A stretch of 63,543 bases of DNA, filler included, from Welwitschia mirabilis (taxonomy: Eukaryota): NCBI GenBank assembly GCA_051453625.1. It is 6 parts of one record of this genome, joined end to end, with 100 filler letters (N's around TTAATTAATTAA, not from the genome) between each part and the next. Parts side by side here need not be neighbours in the genome. Positions count along the whole stretch, not along the records: positions 13,726 to 30,019 come from JBOZIK010000001.1; 5 more parts are not named here. The stretch is one strand, 5' to 3'. Of the stretch, positions 14,474 to 28,600 are shown one piece after another (positions within the stretch are counted from its first letter, which is position 1; each line of letters starts with the position of its first letter). Both the position numbers and the translations under genes were made by a program. Under the pieces are notes generated by a model, which did not search any database, was not told the DNA's origin, and was given only the letters and a program-made list of their open reading frames with translations.

Positions 14474-15724
14474 TGTTAATATATATTTTTCTAATTGATA
14501 TCAAACTAATATCTCTTGTATTGCAAACTTTATGTATCTTGTGCAGAAGAGTTTAAGGTCTTTGTAGATTGAAAGATGGAACAAAAATATGCACTAGAAA
14601 TCTATTTAGTCGATTCACCCTCTAAAGGAGTTAACCGAATCCTACAGGAGTTGATCACATCTAAAGCTATCAAAGGAAAAATGAACTAAACGTAGAGGAG
14701 TCGACTAGATTCTGCTAAGATCGATTAGACCTATAACTTAGAGAATCAGTATCCCTAAACTAAATGGTAAGCAGTTGACTGAACCTAGATGGGATTAATT
14801 GAACTTGAAAACATAACAAACAGTAATCCTAGACTAAGAGATAAGGGATTTACTAGACCCAGATGAGGTCAACTGAATATGGAGATGTAAAACCCTAGGG
14901 CACCCGAATTTTTCTCTATGATGACTTATGTAATTCACAGCACCACATGGGATCAACCAAATTCTGTGGGATCAACCAGACGATGTGAAAAAGAAATTTT
15001 TCTAAATATTATGTATCTATTATCTAGCCATTAAGTAGCCATTTTATAGCTATTTATAGCTATTAGAGGGGCAATTCAATTGTCATAAACTCTAATAGCC
15101 TTCCAGTCTAAATGCCTAAGCTATAGATGACCTATAAAGTTTTTGGAACTATTCTCATTTGGCTAAATCATTTTAGATTTAAAGGATTAAGCTGTGCATT
15201 TGACATTGTTGTATCTTAGCTTTCACACTGATGATAGGAGAATTTCTACCATTGGCATTCATACTTCCTTCTTGTCAGATCTAGAGCTACATTGGTGTAT
15301 TATTATAGAAGGAAAGCTTCATCTATTGCACTATTTTAGAATGACTGATATTTGTGCTATTGAGGCATCACCACATCATTATTTTTATTTGCTAAATATT
15401 GAGATTGAGCCTTAAAAAGTTCATGCTAAAGGTTAAGACTTAGCTTGAAAAGTCCACTTGTAAAGGTTATAGGTAAACCTAGAATACCTAGTGGAGTAAT
15501 AGAGATATAAGACCAAGCTTTGGGAAAGCTGATTATCGAGAATGAAGTAGGGGAGTTTCCCAAACCACTATAAATCCTACTTCCATCAAATTGGTAGTTT
15601 GTGCTTTTCATTTTGATTCTTTACTTTCAATTTCTTATTCTTTTGTGCACATCCTAGATTGATTTATATACATATGTAAGTTGTGTTTTAAATAGTTTTA
15701 TTTCAGATTAATTATTAAAGTTTT
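14474..15724 (+). repeat. 3' LTR of the SIRE-like element (end lost in N gap)
   Basis: TGTTAA start after the PPT; collinear with 9873-11047; ORF 15194-15415 is a paralogue of ORF 10497-10718. Confidence 0.85.
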
Positions 15725-15896
15725 NNNNNNNNNNNNNNNNNNNNNNNNNNNNNNNNNNNNNNNNNNNNNNNNNNNNNNNNNNNNNNNNNNNNNNNNNNNN
15801 NNNNNNNNNNNNNNNNNNNNNNNNNNNNNNNNNNNNNNNNNNNNNNNNNNNNNNNNNNNNNNNNNNNNNNNNNNNNNNNNNNNNNNNNNNNNNNNN

Positions 15897-17631
15897 TTTT
15901 CTATCTAAATAAAGGAATTATTATTTTCTTTTTCTTTTAAAATATAAAATAGTGTACTTAAACAAACTAAAACATACTAGAGCTATGTAAATCCTAGAAA
16001 CACTCTTTTATGCTCAAATGACAACCTCCATGAATTGGCAAAAAAAATGTAAACAAAAGAAAGTATAGCTCAAACATAATTATGAAACTATAAGTATTTA
16101 TCTAAGATTTCATATGACTAGATTATAAGTTAATAAAAATAAGCAATAAGCTAGAAACTACTTATGTCACTTAACTACTAAGGTGAAAATTCTTAAAAGC
16201 ATGCATATTTGAAGTAAGCTAAGAAAAAAGGAGTAGAAGAGTTATTTATACAATTAAATATTACTTATAAATAATTTAACTTAAATATACTATTAGAGGC
16301 ATATTTTATATACTTAATTTTTCAATAACATTTTGTATAATAATTTTTCTATAATTTTAAACATTAATTATAACATTTTTGGGCTTTAGGAAGACATCAT
16401 AGTTAAAACTTAATAATTAATTAATTATAAATTAAAAATTAAATTATGATAGTTTTTTAGAAATTAGACACATAATAGGATTCTTAAAATCTAAGTTCAA
16501 CTATTTTGGAATTACAAAAATATTATTTGTAACTTTGTCATTTAAGGTTAAAAACTACCAAAGTCTCTAAAATTTCAGTCCTACCATCCTACTCTAAAAT
16601 GATCATAACTTTCAATATACTTTGCATTTTTAAATGATTCAAGAGATTTTAAAAGTTGTGTTCAATTTCCTACAGCTTAGGATACTCAAGTTTATAAATA
16701 TGTTCACAAGTAGTTATAGAAATGTAAATTACTTTCTTATTATTTTTTGCATTTATTTTCCTATGTATTTTAATAAATAAATATTTTAAAAATAATTAAT
16801 CATTAGAATAATTACTATTTTTACATTTTCCTAGTTATAAAACAATCCTAGAAGTACAAAAATTTTCACTAATTTATGCTTATTAATTAATATGATATGG
16901 TGTTTTTATCCTATGCCTCTATTCTGGAAATTTAATTTTCACCATAACAAAAAATGATAAAGTTTTTACAACTACTTAAGTAATAAATCAAACTAGAAAA
17001 ATAATGAAGATACTAACTAATTAGTTATGAAAATATAAATCAATTATAAAAAGAAAAGAATCGTGATAGAAGAAAAAATAAAATTAGTTCAATAAAACAT
17101 TTACTATAAGCCTTAAGATTTTTCCATGGAAGAGTGCTAGTCTAAAGGGAATTTTGAGGATCAGAATTTTCCCCTAATAAGATGATCCTAATTCATAATA
17201 GATAAAAATAAATATAATACTAAAATAAATATTAGTATCCAAATCTCTCTCTTTCTCTTTTAATTTTTGTTTTTTCTTTAATAGTGATCCCTTATTTACT
17301 TAGCCATAATCATCCATTAGTAATCCATCATCAACAAGCATAAGACACCCCCTGATATCTCATTATAATGTCTTGGTGGATGTCAATGTGAGAGGATAAT
17401 ATTTTATAATAAAATTTGAATAAAAACCATAAATAGTTCTATAACAAAATATCACAACATTACAATAGAAAAAGAAGATCATATGGATAAAAAAAGTAAG
17501 AAGTTTACTTGAAAAGATTAGTATGACATTCATAGTTGAAGATGATGAAGATTCAAGCTTAATATTTCCTTAGCTCCAAGCTCTAAGTTTTTAAGCTCTA
17601 GCTTCATAAACAAGAAAATGTGTGTATGTGT

Positions 17632-17689
<58 letters not shown>

Positions 17690-19768
17690 GTGNNNNNNNN
17701 NNNNNNNNNNNNNNNNNNNNNNNNNNNNNNNNNNNNNNNNNNNNNNNNNNNNNNNNNNNNNNNNNNNNNNNNNNNNNNNNNNNNNNNNNNNNNNNNNNNN
17801 NNNNNNNNNNNNNNNNNNNNNNNNNNNNNNNNNNNNNNNNNNNNNNNNNNNNNNNNNNNNNNNNNNNNNNNNNNNNNNNNNNNNNNNNNNNNNNNNNNNN
17901 NNNNNNNNNNNNNNNNNNNNNNNNNNNNNNNNNNNNNNNNNNTCTGAGAGTGAGTGTGAGTCTGTGGGTGTGTGTGTATCTGTGTGTGTGTCTGTGTGTG
18001 TATGTATGTGTGTGTGTGTGTGAGATGAAATGCACTTATAAGAAACAAAATAAATGTATCTCCTTTTTACAGGAGAGGAAAGGATCTCTATATATAGATA
18101 AACAAAGGCACATAGCTCAAGATCGTAAGATTACATGATTTAATATTGATAAGTGGAATGACTAATAAGTGACATTGAAGTAGATAAAGAGATCAAATTT
18201 ATGACTNNNNNNNNNNNNNNNNNNNNNNNNNNNNNNNNNNNNNNNNNNNNNNNNNNNNNNNNNNNNNNNNNNNNNNNNNNNNNNNNNNNNNNNNNNNNNN
18301 NNNNNNGATAAGTGGAATGACTAATAAGTGACATTGAAGTAGATAAAGAGATCAAATTTATGACTCATGCACCTAACTAGTATTAATAATCTTTTTGCTT
18401 CAATTAGAAAGTTTAATTACATGAATCATTTTCTTATGCTAGATTTTTTTGATTTTTCATAGGTGTATAAGTAAGTTTAATTCATTTAAAGACAAGAATA
18501 AAATAATAACTACACAAATCTCAAAATTGGCATATGGAACAATTAGATAAACTCTTTAATTCCAATGAACAAAGCAATAAGTATGCTATGAATAAAGTTC
18601 CCTTACACATCTCAAGAACATAAAAGCTATAATAGAGTAAATCTACTCATTTATCATTCTTGGTTCTAGGTAAAAGCACATATACTTATTCAAATGCTCA
18701 TTAATTTCAAAATACATAAGACATATCAATCATATAACACAAGGAAGAAAATATTCATTCATAATAAGGTACACATGTCATATTTACCAATAATATAAGT
18801 AAGTAGATAAGATGTAAAATATATTATCCTCTTGAAACTTATAATTTATTAGTTTTATTATGTGATTTTAATTCTTCANNNNNNNNNNNNNNNNNNNNNN
18901 NNNNNNNNNNNNNNNNNNNNNNNNNNNNNNNNNNNNNNNNNNNNNNNNNNNNNNNNNNNNNNNNNNNNNNNNNNNNNNNNNNNNNNNNNNNNNNNNNNNN
19001 NNNNNNNNNNNNNNNNNNNNNNNNNNNNNNNNNNNNNNNNNNNNNNNNNNNNNNNNNNNNNNNNNNNNNNNNNNNNNNNNNNNNNNNNNNNNNNNNNNNN
19101 NNNNNNNNNNNNNNNNNNNNNNNNNNNNNNNNNNNNNNNNNNNNNNNNNNNNNNNNNNNNNNNNNNNNNNNNNNNNNNNNNNNNNNNNNNNNNNNNNNNN
19201 NNNNNNNNNNNNNNNNNNNNNNNNNNNNNNNNNNNNNNNNNNNNNNNNNNNNNNNNNNNNNNNNNNNNNNNNNNNNNNNNNNNNNNNNNNNNNNNNNNNN
19301 NNNNNNNNNNNNNNNNNNNNNNNNNNNNNNNNNNNNNNNNNNNNNNNNNNNNNNNNNNNNNNNNNNNNNNNNNNNNNNNNNNNNNNNNNNNNNNNNNNNN
19401 NNNNNNNNNNNNNNNNNNNNNNNNNNNNNNNNNNNNNNNNNNNNNTTACAAATAATATAAGTGAGTAGATAAGATGTAAAATATATTATCCTCTTAAAAC
19501 TTATAATTTATTAGTTTTTTTATGTGATTTTAATTCTTCACATATGGAATTATGTAATTTTAAATAATTGAATAGATTTTATGATAAAACCTTTTAACAT
19601 AATTTTTATCACTTTCTTGATAAATTATAAAAATTACAAATTGAGGTTAATTTTAAAATGACATCTTATTTGATAAGGAACTTACATAAGAATAGTTATT
19701 TACTTGAATGAAATTTTAGCATACTTATTATTAAAGTTAATAAGTTTTAGAAAATATGGGATATGAAA
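15897..19768 (-). mobile_element. 3' LTR (partial, gapped) of the Tekay-like element
   Basis: Right boundary ..gggatatgaaa is followed by ttctactccacttag (reverse-complement PPT); 18640-19768 is homologous to 30120-30593 and, reverse-complemented, to 51946-52205. Left extent uncertain. Confidence 0.6.
17637..18022. repeat. Compound microsatellite (AG)n ... (TG)n flanking a gap
   Basis: (AG)n at 17637-17686; imperfect (TG)n at ~17950-18022. Confidence 0.95.
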
Positions 19769-19783
19769 TTCTACTCCACTTAG
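19769..19783 (-). promoter_or_regulatory. Polypurine tract of the Tekay-like element
   Basis: Minus strand reads ctaagtggagtagaa immediately before the LTR start; matches decayed Tekay AAGGGGGGTAGAA. Confidence 0.65.
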
Positions 19784-19849
19784 ACTGATTCATTACTAGA
19801 AATCAAAATACATATAAAAGCTTGAGAACACCTAACTACATATTATGAG

Positions 19850-22800
19850 ATTTAAAATGGTTTGGGTATTGATTTTTCATTGTTTCTTCTAGCTCCGAAG
19901 TAGCTTCATTAAGTCTATGATTACTTCACTTTTATCTTCACTTGATGGATGTACCTATTTTATAAATTAATAGTTCATTGATCCAGCACTATTCTATCTT
20001 CTCTATAGTTGAGAAATCTAGTTTTACATGAATATAAGACTAATTTAACACATGAAAGGGATCTGCAATATACTTTCTTGGCATATTTACATGGAAAACA
20101 TTATGCATGTGTAATAATTAAGGGAGTAGAGCAAGCTTGTATGCAACAAGTCTAATTCTTTCTAATATTTCAAATGGTCTAATGAATCAAGGAGTTAATT
20201 TTAATCTCTTAACTCCTCTCATTAATAATTTTATTAATGACACTTTAATAAATACATGATCACCTATTTTAAACTTAAGATCTTGTCTTTGATAGTTTGC
20301 ATACATCTTTTATTTGTTTACTACTTTTTTAACTTTATTTTTAATAATTCTCATTCTACTTTCCATTTCTTATAATATTTCTAGTCCTATCATCAATCTT
20401 TTTTTAGGTTTTGTCCATGAAGTAAGTGCTTCACACTTCTTACCACACAAGGCTTCAAATGGAGCCATCTAAATTAAACTCTATTAACTATTATTATCTA
20501 TAAATTCTACTAAAGTAGGTACTCTTCCCAACTATTATGATTATTTAAAATACATGCTTTGAGAAGATGATCTAAAATTTGATTAACTCTTTCTACCTGA
20601 TCATCTATTTGAGGGTGAAATGTAGTGTTCAAATTTAACTTGGTTCCTAAATGCATTAGTAATTCTTACCAAAACTTAGAAAGAAATTTTGAATCTCTAT
20701 TAGAGATAATTACTAAAGGTACATCATGCAATCAAATAACATTTTGAATATATACTTCATCTATATCATTGGCATAAAAAGTAGATTTTACTGGAATAAA
20801 ATGTGTTAACTTAGTTGCTCTATCAATCATTATCGTAATAGAGTCATTACCTATTTCAGTTTTTGAAATTCTATAATAAAATCCATGCAAATTACATCCC
20901 ATTTATATTCTAGAATATCATGAGGATAAAGTAATCTTTCTACTTGTTAATAACTAAGGCACCTTGATACAAATTTTGCTATATCCTTTTTTATCCCTAG
21001 CTATCAAAATTTTTATTTCATGTTTTGATACATTTTAGTTCCTCTAAGATGGCTTGCTATAAATGGATTATGAAATTAAAATATTAGCTTATGTCTAGCT
21101 TCATCTACATAAGGAACAAAAAATTTTCCCTTAAATCCAATAATACTATCTAAATCAATACTAAAATTCTCTGAGTCTAGTGATTTTTCTAAATGTTTCT
21201 TTAATTTTCAATAGTTCTCTTTTTTTTTTTTTTTGTACCTTTAACATAATGGTAGAAATTTGGCTTTGAATTTCCATGATTACTTTAAGACAAACTTGTC
21301 TACTAAGAGCATTTGCAACCTTAGTTCCCTTACCTTCATGGTATAAAATCTCTATATCAAAATCACAAAAAAAAAACCATCCATATTATTTTCCTAAGGA
21401 TTAATTTTGGTTGAGTAAAAATGTATTTTAGACTTTTATGATTTGGTAAAACTTAAAACTTTACATCATAGATATAATATTTCCATAGTTTTAAAGCAAA
21501 AATACTGTAGCTAATTCAAGATCATGAATTGAATAATATCTCTTATGAGTTTTAAATTACCTTAAATCATAAGCTATTTATTTTTTATTTTTTTAAGCAC
21601 TACTCCAAGACCTTATCTAGATGCATTTGTATAAACTAAAAATCTCTTTAAATCATCTAGCATTGTTAAGACTAGAGCACTAGATAAACATTCTTTAAAA
21701 TGATCAAATGATTACTGACATTTTTCTATCGATTGGAAGTTTTTATTTATCTTTAAAGGCTTGTTAATAAAGAAGCTATCTTAAAGAAATTAAATATGAA
21801 TTAATAATAACAAGAACAACAAAGATTCTAACCTTAGTACTATTTATAGGTATTTACCATTCCATAATTGCTCTAACTTTATCTTAATCTAATAATATAC
21901 CTTTCTTAGATATCACATAACCTAGAAATTTAATGGATTCTTTCCAAAAAAATAATTTTTTCATGTTGGCATACAATTGGTGATTTCTTAAATTTTGTAA
22001 TACTATTCTTAATTTTTCTCATGCTCTTTACAAGTCTTGAAATAAATGAGGATGTCATTAACAAATACTATTACAAAGAAATCAATATGTGATTAAAAGA
22101 TCTAATTCACAAGGCTCATAAATACTGCAGGGAAACTAGTTAAACCAAAAGACATAACAGAAAACTTGTAATTCCCATATCAGGTTCTAAATGTTATTTT
22201 ATGGATATATTCTTCCTTAATTTGAAATTGATGATATCCAAATTTTAGATTAAATTTTTAGTATATCCTACCCTTCTTGAATTGGTTAAAAAGATCATCT
22301 ATTCTTAGTAGTGAGTACTTATTCTTAATAGTAACCTATTTATCTATATGTAATTAACACATAATCTTAGTGTTCCATTTTTCCTTTTTACAAATAATAT
22401 AGGTACTCCCCATGGTGATACACTAGAATAAATGAAGACTTTTTATAATAGTTCTTCAAGTTAAGTTTTTAATCCTTTTATTTTAGTAGGAGACATTCTA
22501 AATGGTGCCTTAGAAATTGGTTGGGTTCCTAGGATTGATTCAATAGAAAACTCAACTTTCTAAAGTAGTGGCACTCCTAGTAATTCTATTGAAAATACAT
22601 CAAGATATTCTTAAACTATTGGCATATTTTCTTACTAAGGTTTTTTTCTTCTTTTAAGCTATTTGATTTTAGGTATAGCATATAAACTGGTGATCCTTTC
22701 TTAATTTCTCTTTTTATATTCTTTATATTAATTAAATTCTTCATTATCGATTTGTAATGACCTTGAAAGATTAGTCTTGGACCATGATTCATCATTTCTA

Positions 22801-24261
22801 CTTAACGCTTTTCACAATTTACAACTATTCTATTCTGCATTAACCAATTCATAACTAAGATAATAACATATTTTGTTAAGTTAATAACAATTAGTTATAT
22901 CTAAAAATATCTTTCAATTATGAATAAAGTACAGTTTGTACTTGTCGATTAACTTTGGACATAGACCCATTTGCTAACTTTATGCATCCCTTAATTGATG
23001 CACAAAATAATTGTTCTTTTATAATAATTTTAGGAGATATCAAGCAGTGTGTTGCTTTATAATAAAATATAATAATTATTTCATTATCATTAAGTAAAGC
23101 TAAACCTTCTATGATAGGACTTTGGAACACCCCTTAATTATCTATGACTGCTCAAAGTCATCCTACTGTTTGAGAAATACTTTTTGATCCTCAAGGTTTT
23201 TTTGGTTGTTGTCTAAAAAATTCTTTATAATGTAATAAATATTCTTTTATATTATGATTTTTATTACACAATGATATTCATTATACTAGTTCTAGTACTG
23301 ATAATGAGTAGGATTTTTTTAGAAGTTGATTCTTTAAGGTTAATTACTTGCATAGAATTGGCTGGCAACATTCCAGTTTCTTTTAAATGAAATCTACCTT
23401 AGTTTATTAAAATTCATCTTTTTATTATTATTGCTAGTAATATTATTTTTATTGAAGTACTAATTCTTATTTGAATAAGACATTTTTAAATCATTTTCCT
23501 TAAGGATATGTCTCTACCACTTTTATTCTATTATCTTTGCCTTTTCTACGGCCTCTGTTAGACTCTTAGGCTGAAACATGGATACTTTGGAAGAAATAGA
23601 AGGAAGGAGACTATTAATAAAAGATTTGATTTAGCTTGTTAATCTAGATGCATATGTAATACATCTCTTAATAATTCTATAAATTTGCACTCATGAGATT
23701 TTATGGCCACATTATGGGCTTGTCTTAGATTGTAGAATTCTATAACCTTTTGGTAAATATAAAACTTGGTGATCTACCTCTCATTAAAGATGTGCTCAAA
23801 TTCTATCCATGAAAGTTTTAGATATTCTAACTTGGTCATTTCTATTTTCCATCATAGATTATCTTCTCCTTATAATACATAAATAGGTAAGAAAACCTTT
23901 ACATATTCATCACATTCTAAGATACTTATAACTTTTTTAATATCACTTAGTCATGCTTCTGCTTTGGAAGATCTAAACCTCATACAAACTTTGGTAGATT
24001 TAGCTTAACAAACATTTGAATTAATTTCCTCATACCCACTTCCTTAGGTTAATTGAGATCATTATTTACTATTGGATTTTAACCTTGATTTATTATTTGT
24101 GATAGGAACTACATAAAGATATTCATCAATGCTTCTAGATTAAGGTCAAATAGGGGTTGATTTCCATCATTAGGCTATTGATTCTCTTATGAATTCTCTT
24201 GATTTTGATTACTTAGTGTAACTATCCTTGCTTCAAGATTTAAGTGAGGATGATGAGACAT
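19850..24261 (-). pseudogene. Decayed Ty3/gypsy chromovirus (Tekay/Del-like) gag-pol with chromodomain
   Basis: Minus strand: protease IIFYYKATHCLIS (ORF 22918-23130, cf. LFDSGATHSFIS); SPWGVP; VMSFGLT; FVIVFVNDILIY (~22040-22078); integrase TFHPQIDDQVERVNQIL; PFEILERI..AYKLAL; HNVFHVNMPRKYIADP; chromodomain NH..EATSELEE.MKNQYP (~19855-19935). Confidence 0.9.
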
Positions 24262-24910
24262 TTAAAAGAATAGAAAATTTTCATGAGATTATATTTGAAA
24301 ATATAATAAATGTTATTAAAGTTTAAACTTAGAAGTATTTTTATAATATTAGCAAGAACATGGTTATTATTATGTTGTGATGAGTCTTTATTTATATCTT
24401 AAAGTACATAATCAAGTTTATCTGCTTTCTTTATTTCCAATAAATAAGATTTACAGGTTATGAATATGGGTTTCACTATAAAGTTATGTGACCATATAAT
24501 TTAGAATGAAGAACTTGGTTGGATATTTGATTACTTCTAAGGGTTTCTAATTATAAAATATTATTTATGTATTTACATTTGTTTTTTATAAAAGGTTAAC
24601 CTTTTTAAATAATCATATAAGCTCATTGTCCTAAATTATTAATATAATTGTAATTCTTCTAAGTTATTATCATTTTTATCTATAAGGTCATAAAGTCTTT
24701 AATGACTTGAATTCATCATCATTTTTAGTTTAATTTGTTTATTGATTTATAAATATCATAAATATGATTAGCATAATGATCACTAGGGTTTAGGATTATA
24801 GTTAATCCTATGAATACTTTAAACCTATCAAAAATATAATTTGATTTTAGAATTATTTAGGTGCTAAGATTATGATTAGTATAATCTTTATAATTATTGG
24901 AATTAAATTA

Positions 24911-25668
24911 TGGATTAACCCTAGAAGGGGGTAAATAGGTTGTAATAAAATAATCATCCACCTTAAAGACCTACAAACAAAAAGCAAATAAATCACCAAA
25001 AGATCATAGAATGTTTTAATAATGTATAGTCATCATCCTTCAGCTCTTAGACATCTCATCTCTAGCTGGTATAGTTTAACCTTAATGGCTGATTTTTCAA
25101 GCTCACCAAAAACTTATTCAATTACCAATGGATTTTAAGACTAATCCACAACTATAAAAAAAAGTATTTAAGCAAGGTCCACAAATGAAANNNNNNNNNN
25201 NNNNNNNNNNNNNNNNNNNNNNNNNNNNNNNNNNNNNNNNNNNNNNNNNNNNNNNNNNNNNNNNNNNNNNNNNNNNNNNNNNNNNNNNNNNNNNNNNNNN
25301 NNNNNNNNNNNNNNNNNNNNNNNNNNNNNNNNNNNNNNNNNNNNNNNNNNNNNNNNNNNNNNNNNNNNNNNNNNNNNNNNNNNNNNNNNNNNNNNNNNNN
25401 NNNNNNNNNNNNNNNNNNNNNNNNNNNNNNNNNNNNNNNNNNNNNNNNNNNNNNNNNNNNNNNNNNNNNNNNNNNNNNNNNNNNNNNNNNNNNNNNNNNN
25501 NNNNNNNNNNNNNNNNNNNNNNNNNNNNNNNNNNNNNNNNNNNNNNNNNNNNNNNNNNNNNNNNNNNNNNNNNNTAATCCACAACTATAAAAAAATGTAT
25601 TTAAGAAAGGTACACAAATGAAAAATTATGATTCACAGGTATAAATGTAAAACAAGCTATGATAAGCT
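24911..25668 (-). mobile_element. SIRE-type LTR fragment (3' end), interrupted by an Athila-related element
   Basis: Reverse complement ends aacctatttacccccttctagggttaatcCA (SIRE C-rich terminal motif); no PBS beyond it. Confidence 0.55.
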
Positions 25669-28600
25669 TGTTGTAGTGTGTATTTGTGCAAGTTTTTATA
25701 TTCAAAGAGATCCTGTTATTTATAACCAAAATAGATATCTTACATAATCACACTAGTATGAGTGGAAGTAGACCCATAATGTTGTACTCATGTTAAAGTC
25801 TATGAGATGAGACTAAGATTACTTTGCAAATAAAACTTGAAACCAANNNNNNNNNNNNNNNNNNNNNNNNNNNNNNNNNNNNNNNNNNNNNNNNNNNNNN
25901 NNNNNNNNNNNNNNNNNNNNNNNNNNNNNNNNNNNNNNNNNNNNNNNNNNNNNNNNNNNNNNNNNNNNNNNNNNNNNNNNNNNNNNNNNNNNNNNNNNNN
26001 NNNNNNNNNNNNNNNNNNNNNNNNNNNNNNNNNNNNNNNNNNNNNNNNNNNNNNNNNNNNNNNNNNNNNNNNNNNNNNNNNNNNNNNNNNNNNNNNNNNN
26101 NNNNNNNNNNNNNNNNNNNNNNNNNNNNNNNNNNNNNNNNNNNNNNNNNNNNNNNNNNNNNNNNNNNNNNNNNNNNNNNNNNNNNNNNNNNNNNNNNNNN
26201 NNNNNNNNNNNNNNNNNNNNNNNNNNNNNNNNNNNNNNNNNNNNNNNNNNNNNNNNNNNNNNNNNNNNNNNNNNNNNNNNNNNNNNNNNNNNNNNNNNNN
26301 NNNNNNNNNNNNNNNNNNNNNNNNNNNNNNNNNNNNNNNNNNNNNNNNNNNCATCAGAGTTGGTTACATGTCAGTGTCATCCAAGCTATTATCCGAGCTA
26401 TCATACAAACGACATGGGTGATGACAACATATTATTAAATATTCTCAAAATGATAACTTAGTATTCCACATTAATAGTCATCGTCTTGCGTGTCGTAGGA
26501 TCAATGGAGGGGACAATAGTCTAATTTTATCATTTTCTTGAAGAGAACTTAGTATTTTTATCATTAATCTTTCTTTAAACTTTGTGCATCAAAACGTTCC
26601 TTTAATACATCAAATTTGGATAAGAATTGCACTTTCTAAGATTTCCTTTTGTATGTCCAAAATCCTTAGAATTGCACCTAAACCTGTATAAAAGTCCTAC
26701 AAAATAACTCTTAAAATCCTATAAAATAACCATAAATTAGCAGTGCAACATAGCCCCCACTTAGCCTTTATTAGTTCATAACAAAAACTAGACCAAAAAA
26801 AACCATAATTAAGAGCCAATTTGTTTTTTAAAAGATAAATCTAGAAGTTATAAAATAGGCTCACAAAATACATCACATAGATAAATGATAAGTAATATAT
26901 AATGTGTAGGAAAATTTGGGGGTACGTTCCCTTCTCCAACCCAAAGAAAAAGTAATATGTTCCATATTGGAAAATAAAGCAAAGAGAGTAAACAGGAGTG
27001 AGAAGATAGATAAAAGAAGACAATTTTCTAAACAAAGTGAAGAGCTAATTAATGTTAGATTTGAAAATTATAGACTATGAAATATTATGACAAGTGAAAA
27101 AAAGAGTGGATAATAAAAATGCTTCGTAACAAAAAGAACATAAGCAGCACTTACAACACTAAGAAAAATCTAAAGAAAACACTTATCTAAGTAAGAAATT
27201 ATCTTTTATTGAAAATTTGAATAAGCAAAACATGCTAATAAAATATAGTAATGACTTTAAAATAACTAACTAAACCATTAAAGAAAATAAGAACAATGGA
27301 CATAAGATAATATAAAAAAAAGANNNNNNNNNNNNNNNNNNNNNNNNNNNNNNNNNNNNNNNNNNNNNNNNNNNNNNNNNNNNNNNNNNNNNNNNNNNNN
27401 NNNNNNNNNNNNNNNNNNNNNNNNNNNNNNNNNNNNNNNNNNNNNNNNNNNNNNNNNNNNNNNNNNNNNNNNNNNNNNNNNNNNNNNNNNNNNNNNNNNN
27501 NNNNNNNNNNNNNNNNNNNNNNNNNNNNNNNNNNNNNNNNNNNNNNNNNNNNNNNNNNNNNNNNNNNNNNNNNNNNNNNNNNNAAATAAGCAATGCTTCT
27601 GATGATACTAGGAACACCATGGATCCCATGGCCTCAAATTTTAAATAAAACGTTATTATCATAATGAGAGTAAGGATTCATGAATCATGGCCAACTTACC
27701 TCCTAGTGGATTTCCCATAGCTACTGTATTACACTACCAAAGGCTCCTCTTAAAAATATTTGCCCCAGTGTACTTATGGTAGAATATCATGGTAACTATG
27801 TTTTTGAGATATCATAAATATAAAACATTATGGTCTTTATTTCATTCTCTTTTTTTTTTTAATTAAATAAAAAGAACAACATTTCAAATGATCAAACATT
27901 CCAAAAGACAATGCTGAAAGTCATAAAATTAAGATAGAAAAGAATACTCTTAAACAATTTAAGAACTTTTCACCATTGAAAAAAAANNNNNNNNNNNNNN
28001 NNNNNNNNNNNNNNNNNNNNNNNNNNNNNNNNNNNNNNNNNNNNNNNNNNNNNNNNNNNNNNNNNNNNNNNNNNNNNNNNNNNNNNGAGAAGAGCATAAA
28101 AAATAAAGCATCTTCCTTTAATTGAAGTTCATGAATGTGTGAATGTCCTAAGATTGGATGAATTCAATTTAACCACTAAAATCCCAAGCCAAAAGACTAA
28201 TCATAGAAATAAATACATAAGCCAAGTTAGAAAAATGATCAAGTAGTGCATAATAATATTTTAAAGGAAAAAAGATTAGAGAAAATTCAAATGGTTTACT
28301 CCTGAAATTCCAAATTTTACCCATTTATTTCTTGCAATTCTCAAGTAGTCAAGTTAAGAATTTCAATAGAGTCATAAAAATGTATTTCTCAAAATAACAA
28401 AAAATAAAAATAAACATTTTATTAACTATTATCCTATTCATCGTTTAGACAATAGAAAGGATGACAGAGGCAAGAAAAAGATAGAAAAATATTAGTAAAA
28501 ACAGGAATTTTTTAGAAGGATAAAAAACACATCAAAACTAATTGGTATCCACCTTGTCATAGGGATGACAAGAAAGACAACAAATGTATTATTACAAAAA

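Larger units (their letters stand above)
9873..15724 (+). mobile_element. SIRE-like Ty1/copia LTR retrotransposon with two LTRs; internally deleted and gapped
   Basis: 5' LTR 9873-11092 (TG...CA), degenerate Met PBS, gag/PR/INT/RT-start remnants, several PPT-like tracts, 3' LTR from 14474 homologous to the 5' LTR and cut by an N gap. An assembly spacer lies at 13670-13681. Confidence 0.85.

Noticed and set aside
10497..15415. Paralogous 73-aa ORFs at 10497-10718 and 15194-15415 (related 43617-43838) suggesting a small gene family
   Set aside because: They lie inside homologous LTRs, so similarity is explained by LTR duplication; no recognisable domain.
17530..18138. ER/SL/HT/VC-repeat ORFs
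   Set aside because: Translations of (AG)n and (TG)n microsatellites plus a gap.
18148..18365. Near-identical direct repeats flanking gaps (also 18790/19446, 25142/25575, 29629/29761, 38692/39130, 53935/54056)
   Set aside because: Each pair sits on either side of an N run, typical of unmerged contig overlaps; not treated as biological repeats.
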